A stretch of 64,000 bases of DNA from Methylococcaceae bacterium (GCA_012959905.1 DUCI01000090.1:4384-68383); one strand, 5' to 3'. Shown: positions 12,097 to 20,726, counted from the first letter of the stretch. Program-made: numbers and translations. The notes: generated from the sequence alone by a model not told the origin.

Positions 12097-13344
12097 TCAT
12101 GGCAGTAAGCTTTCCCCTTGCCATAAACTGGCTATGGATTCTCGTTCTCGAATAAGGTGGGCTTGATTTCCGTCAACTAGAATTTCAGGAGGGCGAGGTC
12201 TTGAGTTGTAGTTTGAACTCATTGAAAAACCATAAGCACCCGATGATCGAACGGCTAATAAGTCATTAGGGGCGAGTGCTAGAGAGCGCTCTTTGCCCAG
12301 GAAGTCACCAGTCTCACAAACAGGGCCAACAATATCCCATTGTTTCGTGGGTGCCGTTGAGCGTGCGTTGACAGGAATAATAGCTTGCCAAGCATTGTAG
12401 AGAGCCGGGCGTAATAAATCGTTCATGGCGGCATCAACAATAGCGAAGTTTTTGGCCTCAGTGGGTTTTAGGTACTCAACCCGTGTGACTAAGATGCCCG
12501 CATTACCGGCAATGGCTCGCCCAGGCTCAAGGAGTATTTTGATGTTTCTACCCGCTAATTTATTCAACAGAGCATCAATATAGTCTTTGGGATCCGGCGG
12601 GGTTTCATGTTGATAGCAAATACCTAATCCACCACCTAAGTCAAGGTGCTCAACGGTTATGTTTTCGTCACTGAGTCGGTCTACGAGTAATAAAACCTTG
12701 TCTAGCGCATCAAGGAAAGGGCCCGTTTCTGTGAGTTGTGAACCGATATGACAATCAATACCCAGAATCTTGATGTTTGCCAATGAAGCGGCGTGTTGAT
12801 AGTGCGTAAATGCCTCATTGATATCAATACCAAATTTATTTTCTTTTAACCCGGTAGAGATGTAAGGGTGGGTCTTGGCATCCACATTAGGGTTTACTCG
12901 AATAGAGATGTTAGCAATACATCCTCGTTCTTTGGCAAGCGTGTTGATGCGATCGATTTCTTCACTGACTTCGATGTTGAAGCAGTGTATACCTGCATTA
13001 AGTGCCGCTCTGATTTCATCTTCACGTTTTCCCACGCCTGAAAAAACTATTTTTTTAGGGTCTCCACCAGCAGCGATGACGCGCTCCATTTCTCCGAGGG
13101 AAACAATATCAAAGCCAGAACCTAAACGAGCCAGTAAGTTTAAAATAGCAATATTTGAGGAAGCCTTCATGGCATAGCAAATCAAGTGGGGGTGGTTGCC
13201 AAAGGAGTGGTCAAAGGCCTTCCAGTGTCGTTCCAGTGTGGCGCGGGAATAGATGTAACACGGTGAACCATAGTGTTCGATAATTTCGCTAATTGAACAC
13301 TGTTCAGCAAAGAGTTGATCGTCCTGATAATTGAAATAATCCAT
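12097..13344 (-). CDS. lysA: Diaminopimelate decarboxylase
   Basis: 415 aa. PLP Lys region YAMKASSN, HIGSQ and EPGRAIAGNAG blocks. Confidence 0.9.
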   Translation of the reverse strand: MDYFNYQDDQLFAEQCSISEIIEHYGSPCYIYSRATLERHWKAFDHSFGNHPHLICYAMKASSNIAILNLLARLGSGFDIVSLGEMERVIAAGGDPKKIVFSGVGKREDEIRAALNAGIHCFNIEVSEEIDRINTLAKERGCIANISIRVNPNVDAKTHPYISTGLKENKFGIDINEAFTHYQHAASLANIKILGIDCHIGSQLTETGPFLDALDKVLLLVDRLSDENITVEHLDLGGGLGICYQHETPPDPKDYIDALLNKLAGRNIKILLEPGRAIAGNAGILVTRVEYLKPTEAKNFAIVDAAMNDLLRPALYNAWQAIIPVNARSTAPTKQWDIVGPVCETGDFLGKERSLALAPNDLLAVRSSGAYGFSMSSNYNSRPRPPEILVDGNQAHLIRERESIASLWQGESLLP

Positions 13345-13346
13345 AG

Positions 13347-13460
13347 TTAGTGTGTGTCAGCGGGTGGGTTGTTATCAGGGATATATAGCGGTCCCATTTG
13401 TCCACAGGCCGAGAGTAAAAGTGCTGCACAAAATAAGCAAATAATTTTTTGGGTAAACAT
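13347..13460 (-). CDS. lptM: Small lipoprotein LptM/YifL (37 aa, absent from the ORF track)
   Basis: My translation of the minus strand gives MFTQKIICLFCAALLLSACGQMGPLYIPDNNPPADTH. It has the lipobox LSAC followed by G.MGPLYIP, typical of YifL/LppL. Sits directly upstream of lysA as in Pseudomonas. Confidence 0.7.
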   Translation of the reverse strand: MFTQKIICLFCAALLLSACGQMGPLYIPDNNPPADTH

Positions 13461-13464
13461 AAGT

Positions 13465-14844
13465 CTAATTTTTATAAATAAATTCAGGTAGCCAAGTGGC
13501 TAACGAGGGCCAATAGGCTAATAACGCTAACATACATAATTGAATCAGAATAAAGGGCATTACGCCACGATAAATTTGCATTGTGGTGATTTCAGCTGGC
13601 GCTACACCGCGGAGGTAAAAAAGCGCAAAACCAAAGGGCGGGGTTAGGAATGAGGTTTGTAGGTTAATAGCAATCATGATTCCCAACCAAATAGGGTCAA
13701 TTCCCATACTTAAGAGGATAGGGCCAATGATGGGTACAATCACAAAAGTAATTTCGATAAAATCCAGTACAAAACCAAGTGCGAACATGACGAGCATGAC
13801 TAAAAACATAGCGCTTAGTTTGCCCCCGGGTAAGTCAGATAATAATTCAATGATTATTTCATCACCATTAAAGCCTCGAAAGACCAGTGAAAATAAAGCT
13901 GCCCCGATGAGAATCATAAAGACCATGCTGGTGATCTTTGTGGTGCTTTGCATGACAGAACGTAGCGTTGGGAGCGATAATTTTTTACGTAAGAAAGATA
14001 ATAAAAGCGCACCGCTTGCCCCGACAGAGGCCGCTTCGGTGGGTGTTGCAATACCGCAAATAATGGAGCCTAAAACGGCAAACATGAGAAGCAGAGGTGG
14101 CAGGAGTCCAGCAAATAATTGCTGGTAATTGGTTTCACGGGGGGTGTTCTTATCTATGCGGGTAGGCATGGATTCAGGTTTGAAGTGGGCGGTTAGGATG
14201 ATGTAGAGTAGATAAAAAAAGACCAGTCCTAATCCCGGTATTAGAGCACCCGCAAACAAGTCACCGACTGAGACGGTTTCCGGCGCAAAGATCCCCATAT
14301 CAAGTTGGGCCTGTTGGTAAGCAGTTGAGATGACGTCACCCAGTAACACCAATACAATTGAAGGCGGAATGATTTGGCCCAAGGTTCCTGAGGCACAAAT
14401 AATTCCGCAAGAAATAGCCGGGTCATATTGGTTGCGCAACATGGTGGGCAGTGACAAGAGACCCATAGTGACAACTGTAGCGCCAACAATACCGGTGCTT
14501 GCAGCCATTAGCATTCCAACGAGAGTCACCGAAATACCGAGTCCACCGCGTGTGGAACCGAATAAATCGGCCATGCTTTCCAGCAGATCTTCAGCCAATT
14601 GAGCGCGCTCTAGCATGACGCCCATAAAGACAAAGAGGGGGACGGCAATTAATGTTTCATTATTGAGTATGCCGAATAAACGATTGGGTAGGGCGTGCAA
14701 AAAGGCCGTGTCAAAGAGGTCAAGTTGAATGCCTACAGTGGCAAAGCAGAGCGCTGTTCCACTTAAAGCAAAAGCAACAGGAAAGCCTGAAAGTAGAACG
14801 ATAAAGACGGTAAGAAACATCCAAAAAGCTAAGTATTCTTCCAT
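13465..14844 (-). CDS. dctM: TRAP transporter large permease (DctM family)
   Basis: 459 aa polytopic protein with DctM-type blocks (AVPLFVFMG, GTLGQIIPPS, FLTPPFGFALFYL). Confidence 0.85.
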   Translation of the reverse strand: MEEYLAFWMFLTVFIVLLSGFPVAFALSGTALCFATVGIQLDLFDTAFLHALPNRLFGILNNETLIAVPLFVFMGVMLERAQLAEDLLESMADLFGSTRGGLGISVTLVGMLMAASTGIVGATVVTMGLLSLPTMLRNQYDPAISCGIICASGTLGQIIPPSIVLVLLGDVISTAYQQAQLDMGIFAPETVSVGDLFAGALIPGLGLVFFYLLYIILTAHFKPESMPTRIDKNTPRETNYQQLFAGLLPPLLLMFAVLGSIICGIATPTEAASVGASGALLLSFLRKKLSLPTLRSVMQSTTKITSMVFMILIGAALFSLVFRGFNGDEIIIELLSDLPGGKLSAMFLVMLVMFALGFVLDFIEITFVIVPIIGPILLSMGIDPIWLGIMIAINLQTSFLTPPFGFALFYLRGVAPAEITTMQIYRGVMPFILIQLCMLALLAYWPSLATWLPEFIYKN

Positions 14845-14847
14845 GGG

Positions 14848-15384
14848 TTATGATGCTGTGTTTAAGGAAATGCCAAGGGCAGAAAAAAGACTTTTAATGG
14901 CTAGTGATATAGCTTGTAGGAGCAGTAATCCAGCCATAACAATGATAGTGCTTTTAAGGAGATAAACGGCGGGTAATCCTCCTGAGTTTCGAGATGACTC
15001 TTGAATGGCCCAGGAATCAGCGACATAGTCCCAGCTGCTAACGATAATAAAAAGGCACACCGGGATTAATAAAAAAAGGGTGCCTAGAAAATCAACCCAG
15101 CCTTGTGTTTTTTCGTTAAAGCGGTGATAAAAAATATCTACTCGAACGTGGGCATTATGTTTGAGTGTGTAGGCCGTCCCCAGCATAAAAATTAGGGCGT
15201 GCATGTAAGAGATAGATTCTTGTGCGGCAATAGAGCCGATATTAAAGCAGTACCGAAGTATAACAACGGTAACCGATACTATAACAAGGATGAGAGTAAG
15301 CCATGAAGTCCCTCGACCAATCTGTTCATTTAATGTGTCAATGAGTTTTATGGTGCATCGACCGAAAGTGACTAACGAGCTCAT
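14848..15384 (-). CDS. dctQ: TRAP transporter small permease (DctQ family)
   Basis: 178 aa with four TM segments. Lies immediately upstream of dctM with a 3-nt gap. Confidence 0.8.
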   Translation of the reverse strand: MSSLVTFGRCTIKLIDTLNEQIGRGTSWLTLILVIVSVTVVILRYCFNIGSIAAQESISYMHALIFMLGTAYTLKHNAHVRVDIFYHRFNEKTQGWVDFLGTLFLLIPVCLFIIVSSWDYVADSWAIQESSRNSGGLPAVYLLKSTIIVMAGLLLLQAISLAIKSLFSALGISLNTAS

Positions 15385-15458
15385 GATAATTTGAAGAGTA
15401 AAAAACGATTAATTTTAACTGAAAACAAGGCGTTAAAGTATTTTAAACAGAACACTTT

Positions 15459-16436
15459 TTAAAAAACAGTAACGGCATTGGATTTGAAGTTCAGCCAAAC
15501 CTGATCACCAATGTTGAGTTTTAAATCATCTGAGGCTTGATGCGTTATCATGGCATGAAATATTTCGCCGGCCTTAACGGTAACGCGAACATTATTTAAG
15601 TCCTCGATAATCGCAGTAATTTTTCCTTGAAAATGATTTCTCATGCTGGAGGAAAGCGCAGATTTGGAGAGGACAATTTGTGAGGGGTCTATTGAAATGT
15701 ATGTGCCTGTTGTTGTTTGGTCTGGCGGGATTAACGTGAGTTGTGTTGTTTTAAAATAGTTATTTGAGAGTTGGCCTGCAAATAAGTTAATCATCGCGTT
15801 TGGAATCGGTTTTCCAGCTGCTAGGGTAATAACTTCATCGCTAAGGGCGCAGCCCTGGAGGTGATTGTGGGTGCTGAAAATTAGGGTTTTTTGGTAGTCT
15901 CTTACAAAACCTTCAAGATTGTTTTTACTGGTTTGGTCTAAATAGCTAAAAGGTTCGTCTAAGATCAGAACGTCGGGCGTCAAGGCCAGTGCACGAGCCA
16001 GTGCAGATTTTTGTTTTTCGCCATCGGATAATTCATCCACGGTGCGATTAGCAAGATTTGTAATGCCCAGATAATCTAAGCTAGTTGCGATACGTTCAGC
16101 GTGTAGTGATGTTGGAATACAGCGGATTTTTAATGCTGTTGAGATGTTTTGTTTGACCGTACCCTGCAGTAAGTAGGGGCGTTGCGTTAAAAAAGCAATT
16201 TGTTTTCGATAAGCGATTGCTTTCTTAGGAAATGTAGGGAAGCCTAAAAAGTCAAGTTGCCCTTGGCTTGGAGGTATTACAAAAGCAAGAATATTGAGCA
16301 GGGTGCTTTTACCCGAACCATTAGCACCAAACAGTGCGGTAATTTGGTTCGATTTTATTGACAGGGATTTAATATGTAGGGCTTCTTTTAGATCATAGTT
16401 AAATTTAAGGTTGGTCAAATGGTAGGCATGATTCAT
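15459..16436 (-). CDS. ABC transporter ATP-binding protein with C-terminal TOBE (Mop-like) domain
   Basis: Walker A GANGSGKST, signature LSDGEKQK, Walker B VLILDEP. The C-terminal ~65 aa (FQGKITAIIEDLNNVRVTVKAG...GDQVWLNFK) resemble a TOBE domain. No permease gene is adjacent. Confidence 0.8.
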   Translation of the reverse strand: MNHAYHLTNLKFNYDLKEALHIKSLSIKSNQITALFGANGSGKSTLLNILAFVIPPSQGQLDFLGFPTFPKKAIAYRKQIAFLTQRPYLLQGTVKQNISTALKIRCIPTSLHAERIATSLDYLGITNLANRTVDELSDGEKQKSALARALALTPDVLILDEPFSYLDQTSKNNLEGFVRDYQKTLIFSTHNHLQGCALSDEVITLAAGKPIPNAMINLFAGQLSNNYFKTTQLTLIPPDQTTTGTYISIDPSQIVLSKSALSSSMRNHFQGKITAIIEDLNNVRVTVKAGEIFHAMITHQASDDLKLNIGDQVWLNFKSNAVTVF

Positions 16437-16582
16437 AATCTCATATTGTACATGAGCGCATAAAGGGACGCTGAATGATGTTTATTTAAAGTAATTCTGA
16501 GCGTTTATATTTGAAGATGGGTCTGCGTTTTGGGCGGCTTAAATTAACCTGAAATGTAGATGCTTTATATTAGGATACCGAG

Positions 16583-17395
16583 ATGATTAAAAGATGTTTT
16601 TTTGTTTTTATCTGTAATGCTTTTTTCTCAGTATGCGCGGCAGATGTAGCCATTTTGCGCGTGGCAACAACGACGAGTACTGAAAATTCAGGACTGCTTT
16701 CAGTGTTGCATCCGGTTTTTGAAAAAAGCAATGGGGTTCGTTTAAACGTGATTGCTGTGGGTACAGGAAAGGCATTACAGTTGGGAGAAAATGGCGATGT
16801 CGATGTGGTTTTAGTGCATGCGCCTGCAGCCGAAGTCGCTTTTATGAATGCGGGTTTTGGCATTCATCGTGAAGCGGTTATGCATAATGATTTTGTCATC
16901 GTGGGTCCGGCCAGTGATCCTTTGGAATTGCGCCAATTAAGTACCCCGGATGAGGTGATGAAAAAAATCGCTAGCGGACAAAGTGTATTTATTTCCAGAG
17001 GGGATGATTCGGGGACACATAAAAAGGAAAATAATCTTTGGCAGCAGGTTGGTATTAACCCCAGGGGGCGGTGGTATTTGTCCGTTGGTCAGGGAATGGG
17101 GAGTGTCTTACGTATGGCTAATGAAAGTAGAGCTTATACGTTAACGGATCGGGGGACATACCTTGCCTACCAAGGCAAAGTGGCACTGGAGATTGTTTTC
17201 CAAGGAGATCCAAAGCTTAATAACCCTTACCATGTCATGGCGATAAACCCTAAGCGGCACCCGCATGTCAAGTTTGATTTGGCGCGGCAGTACATTGCTT
17301 TTTTGATTAGTGAGGAGAGCCAAAGAATCATTAATAATTTTAAGCGCAAAGGACAGGTGCTTTTTTACGGTGATAGCAGCAAAGGGCAGCCTTAA
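16583..17395 (+). CDS. Periplasmic oxoanion (tungstate/molybdate-type, TupA-like) binding protein
   Basis: Signal peptide followed by RVATTTSTENSGLL, which matches the TupA-type TTTS anion-binding motif. 270 aa. Divergent from the ABC ATPase. Confidence 0.65.
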   Translation: MIKRCFFVFICNAFFSVCAADVAILRVATTTSTENSGLLSVLHPVFEKSNGVRLNVIAVGTGKALQLGENGDVDVVLVHAPAAEVAFMNAGFGIHREAVMHNDFVIVGPASDPLELRQLSTPDEVMKKIASGQSVFISRGDDSGTHKKENNLWQQVGINPRGRWYLSVGQGMGSVLRMANESRAYTLTDRGTYLAYQGKVALEIVFQGDPKLNNPYHVMAINPKRHPHVKFDLARQYIAFLISEESQRIINNFKRKGQVLFYGDSSKGQP

Positions 17396-17415
17396 CGATT
17401 TTATTATGTGGAGCC

Positions 17416-18297
17416 ATGAATAAAAAATTATTAGCCCATAAAATCGCAGAGTTTAGTGGCAGAACCTTTGAAATTGAGAAAATCATCCCTGTTAGTGGTG
17501 GATGTATTAATGCGTCTTATCAGCTTGTAGGGGGCGAACAACGGTATTTTATTAAATTAAACGACGCCGATTTACGGTCGATGTTTGAGGCTGAATATGC
17601 CGGTCTAGAAGCACTTTATTCAACCCAAACGGTTTCAGTGCCGCAACCACTGTTGAGTGGCGTTGTCGATGATAGAAGTTTTTTGTTGTTGACCTTTGTA
17701 GAATTTGGCTCAAGCACACCTCAGTCTGCGCAGTATTTAGGTGAACAATTAGCAGAGCTTCATAGTTTACAGCAGCCTTTTTTCGGCTGGCACAGAGATA
17801 ATACCATTGGGTCAACAGTGCAAAAAAACAGTCCTAGAACGGATTGGCTAGTTTTCTGGCAGGATCAGCGACTGGGGTTTCAGTTGGAACTGGCTCTACG
17901 TAACGGCTACGGGTGTCGATTGCAGCAATCGGGACAAGCCTTGAAGGAGATCATGGCGGTCTTTTTTACCGATTATCAACCGATGCCATCTTTATTGCAT
18001 GGGGATCTATGGGGGGGGAATGTAGCTGTGGATAAAACCGGTCTGCCGATTATCTTCGATCCCGCTTGTTACTACGGTGACCGTGAGGCTGATATGGCAA
18101 TGACTGAATTATTTGGTGGATTTAGTGCGGGGTTTTACAGCGCTTATAACGCCTCATTAAAACTGGATGCGGGATACTGCGTTCGTAAGAATCTTTACAA
18201 TCTGTATCATATTTTGAATCATTTAAATTTATTTGGTGCGGGTTATCTCAATCAGGCGCAGAATCTTATTGATCGATTATTGGCTGAAGCCAAATAA
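17416..18297 (+). CDS. Fructosamine/ketosamine-3-kinase family protein (YniA-like)
   Basis: 293 aa with LLHGDLWGGN and FDPACYYGDREADMAM kinase motifs. Confidence 0.8.
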   Translation: MNKKLLAHKIAEFSGRTFEIEKIIPVSGGCINASYQLVGGEQRYFIKLNDADLRSMFEAEYAGLEALYSTQTVSVPQPLLSGVVDDRSFLLLTFVEFGSSTPQSAQYLGEQLAELHSLQQPFFGWHRDNTIGSTVQKNSPRTDWLVFWQDQRLGFQLELALRNGYGCRLQQSGQALKEIMAVFFTDYQPMPSLLHGDLWGGNVAVDKTGLPIIFDPACYYGDREADMAMTELFGGFSAGFYSAYNASLKLDAGYCVRKNLYNLYHILNHLNLFGAGYLNQAQNLIDRLLAEAK

Positions 18298-18330
18298 AAC
18301 CGTTCTGCACTTGGCACAACGGTTGTATTT
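18298..18330. terminator. Bidirectional hairpin between convergent genes
   Basis: aaccgtt (18298-18304) pairs with aacggtt (18318-18324), with inner tgc/gca pairs. T/A-rich flanks on both sides (ataaaa upstream, gtattt downstream). Confidence 0.55.
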
Positions 18331-18339
18331 GGAATGGCT

Positions 18340-19272
18340 TTAGCGTGTTTCTTTAAACCAACTGTAGAAGAAGTATCCAGCACCGATTAAGATAAGTAAG
18401 GCGAAAATCCACTTAATGTACGACGCGCTCTCTTGTTCTTTTACGGTATCCTTAAATTGAAATTTTGTTAAGACGCCGAGACTGGGGTCTTTTAAATCAA
18501 TGGTGATTTTGTTTGCGGCTAAGCGAGTAAATTGGATTTCACCGCCATCAAAGGGTTTACTATTTCTTTTGCCGCCACCACGACTGTGTGGGATGATAGA
18601 TGAATTGCTAAAAGTAGCTTGTGAAATTGCCTGAGCCAGTTCTTTTTCTATGGTTCGAGTATCTTTGTTTTTGGTTTCAAGGTGGATAGGTTGCCCGTCA
18701 TCAATACTAATTGTAATGCCACCGCCGGTTGCTTGAGTTTTTTTAGGTGGAGCAAAAGCGTCAACATAGGCAATATCAGCAAAGTAGACCATATCCACAG
18801 AGAAGTTAACAGCAGCGGCTCCAAATGATTGTCCAGCCAGGTCGTAGCTTAATTTTTGGTTGGCGTAGTCTCTGAAAGTGACGCGGGTAAATGCGAAATT
18901 GGCATTATTGCTGATAGTAACTTCAGGTTGTTTTTTAGGATTTTCAGCGCTAACACCCCGTGAGTCTGGGTAAAGCTCTGCAAGCGCATCATACATGGCT
19001 GATTTTAATTTTTTAGCCGAGCTGAGTGCGGTATCAGGGCGTAATCTATCGGGGCCAGTAATAAAAGCCATGCCAGTAGATTCATACGTTCTATCTTCAT
19101 TATGGCGCCACTGGACCGTTAAAGAGAATAAGGAATCGCCTGTTTTTGTAATAGGGCCTTCCACCGAGACATGAATCTTATCTTGTCCGGCAGCCGTTGC
19201 ATGTACCCATTGGAGCGGTAATAAACAAAGCCCAATCATCAGTGTAAAGGTTTTTATTTTGTAAGTGATCAA
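18340..19272 (-). CDS. Hypothetical exported protein with C-terminal TM anchor
   Basis: TTG start lies 6 nt after AGGAG. Signal peptide ...LLPLQWVHA/TAAG and C-terminal helix WIFALLILIGAGYFFYSWF followed by KETR. I recognise no family. Confidence 0.6.
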   Translation of the reverse strand: MITYKIKTFTLMIGLCLLPLQWVHATAAGQDKIHVSVEGPITKTGDSLFSLTVQWRHNEDRTYESTGMAFITGPDRLRPDTALSSAKKLKSAMYDALAELYPDSRGVSAENPKKQPEVTISNNANFAFTRVTFRDYANQKLSYDLAGQSFGAAAVNFSVDMVYFADIAYVDAFAPPKKTQATGGGITISIDDGQPIHLETKNKDTRTIEKELAQAISQATFSNSSIIPHSRGGGKRNSKPFDGGEIQFTRLAANKITIDLKDPSLGVLTKFQFKDTVKEQESASYIKWIFALLILIGAGYFFYSWFKETR

Positions 19273-19285
19273 AAGGGTCTCCTGT

Positions 19286-19325
19286 CTTTAATGGTTAATT
19301 TGTACTAAGCCATTAAAGTAATGGC
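19286..19325. repeat. Three alternating copies of a TAATGG/CCATTA motif forming mutually exclusive hairpins
   Basis: ctttaatgg (19286-19294) pairs with ccattaaag (19310-19318). gccatta (19309-19315) pairs with taatggc (19319-19325). The element lies in the 5' leader or promoter region of the 18340-19272 gene. Confidence 0.5.
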
Positions 19326-19442
19326 TATTAGTAGAAAATATTTTAGCTAATTATATCTGACAAAGCGATAGGGCAAATTGTCACATAAAAATAAGTTAAA
19401 ACAATGAGCGAATGACTGAGAGTCAATATTCTATTGTTTGAC

Positions 19443-20165
19443 TTATATATTATCAGATTGTCTTGTAGAAAATCGGCATAGGGTTAAAAAAAGCGCTGTG
19501 GATAGGCCCGCTGAGGCAAATAACATGCACATAACCATAATCTGGTAACGTGCCGCAATGGCAGGCGCAATACCCGATAATATTTGTCCACTCATCATGC
19601 CGGGTATGGAGACTAAGCCAACAGCGAAAAGCGAATTGGTGATGGGTATCAGGGCGGTACTAAAGGCAATGTTACGGGCCTGTTGATAGCTTTGTTGATG
19701 AGCCAGTTCATTATTGAATCTTTCGGCCGCAAGGCTGATAGCATTCATCGCATTAGCGAAAATCATTCCTGACAGAGGAATTATGAATTGTGGTTGAAAC
19801 CAAGGTGATAATTGTAATACCCCAAAGATTATAATGGCTAGTGTGATGCCGCCGCCGAGTGAAATAGCGGCGAGTGCCTTAAAGAAGAGCTCTCTTCGTT
19901 GCTGTTGAACTTCATTTAGGGAGATCCAACTGGCGGCCACAACCATGACCAGTAAAACAAAAACAATTACCCACGGTGTTTTGGTGTTGAATAAGAAAGT
20001 TAGGCAATAGCCGATCGTGAGTAATTGCAGCCACATTCTAGATAGCGCATAAAGGGGTTTTTTAATTCCTAGCGACCAATAAACAAAAAAGGCGATAACC
20101 AGTGCCACTGGGATAAACGCAATGACTAAATTGAGTAATGAAATTTGTGGAATAACAGAATCCAT
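19443..20165 (-). CDS. UPF0014 (YbbM/FetB-like) ABC-type permease
   Basis: VGLVSIPGMMSGQILSG..P..AARYQIMVM closely matches E. coli FetB (VGLVSLPGMMSGLIFAG...AIKYQIMV). No FetA-type ATPase is adjacent. Confidence 0.75.
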   Translation of the reverse strand: MDSVIPQISLLNLVIAFIPVALVIAFFVYWSLGIKKPLYALSRMWLQLLTIGYCLTFLFNTKTPWVIVFVLLVMVVAASWISLNEVQQQRRELFFKALAAISLGGGITLAIIIFGVLQLSPWFQPQFIIPLSGMIFANAMNAISLAAERFNNELAHQQSYQQARNIAFSTALIPITNSLFAVGLVSIPGMMSGQILSGIAPAIAARYQIMVMCMLFASAGLSTALFLTLCRFSTRQSDNI

Positions 20166-20225
20166 GAAAGGTTTTTTAATAAAGAAGCGAGTGTTTCGGC
20201 CGCAAAAGAATTAGCCGTAGGCACC

Positions 20226-20585
20226 TTACCAGCTCAGTAGTAGCCATTTGGGTAGGCGTGAACCTTTTTCAAGATCAGAATGGCGCATTTCCATATTACC
20301 ATCGCCATCTATATCGACCAGATAATAGGGTGGCCCATAGTCCGGCACAATCTTAACTTTATAGAGTTCACCGTTAACGCGGTATTCATGGATGGTTTTG
20401 CCAGCGCGCCGAATAATTGTAATATCGGGAACCACCATGTTGTCACCACTTTGGACGGGTAGTGGTAGTTCTGGTGGCTCAGGTAGCGGTACGGGTTCTG
20501 CCAAGGTTTGTGCAGATAGACTTTGTAAAGGCCCCATTAAAGTGAGGGCAGTAGCTAAATAATATCTCAATGTTAAGTGCTTCAT
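20226..20585 (-). CDS. DUF2782 family periplasmic protein
   Basis: Signal peptide, Pro-rich linker, then PDITII...EYRVNGELYKVKIVP..GPPYYLVDIDGDG, characteristic of DUF2782. Confidence 0.65.
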   Translation of the reverse strand: MKHLTLRYYLATALTLMGPLQSLSAQTLAEPVPLPEPPELPLPVQSGDNMVVPDITIIRRAGKTIHEYRVNGELYKVKIVPDYGPPYYLVDIDGDGNMEMRHSDLEKGSRLPKWLLLSW

Positions 20586-20694
20586 TTAAATGATAATACC
20601 ATAGCTAAATGACTGCCTCCAATAACTAAATATAGGGTCCGTAACAGGAAAAAATGGTTTGAACTTGTTTTCGAGGGCTAGAACACGTATGGTT

Positions 20695-20726
20695 TTGCCC
20701 TGAATAATGACATTATTCGCTATAAT
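20695..20726 (+). promoter_or_regulatory. Putative ndh promoter with an embedded 8-1-8 palindrome
   Basis: Perfect -10 TATAAT at 20721-20726. TTGCCC at 20695-20700 gives a long 20-nt spacer. Perfect palindrome GAATAATG-A-CATTATTC at 20702-20718. Confidence 0.45.

Noticed and set aside
20702-20718. Identifying the ndh-promoter palindrome as a Fur box, or as an ArgR or Zur box.
   Set aside because: It contains AATAAT/ATTATT hexamers, but the spacing does not fit the 19-bp Fur consensus GATAATGATAATCATTATC or its 7-1-7 form. The TGAAT...ATTC spacing does not fit an ARG box either. I report it only as an unassigned palindrome.
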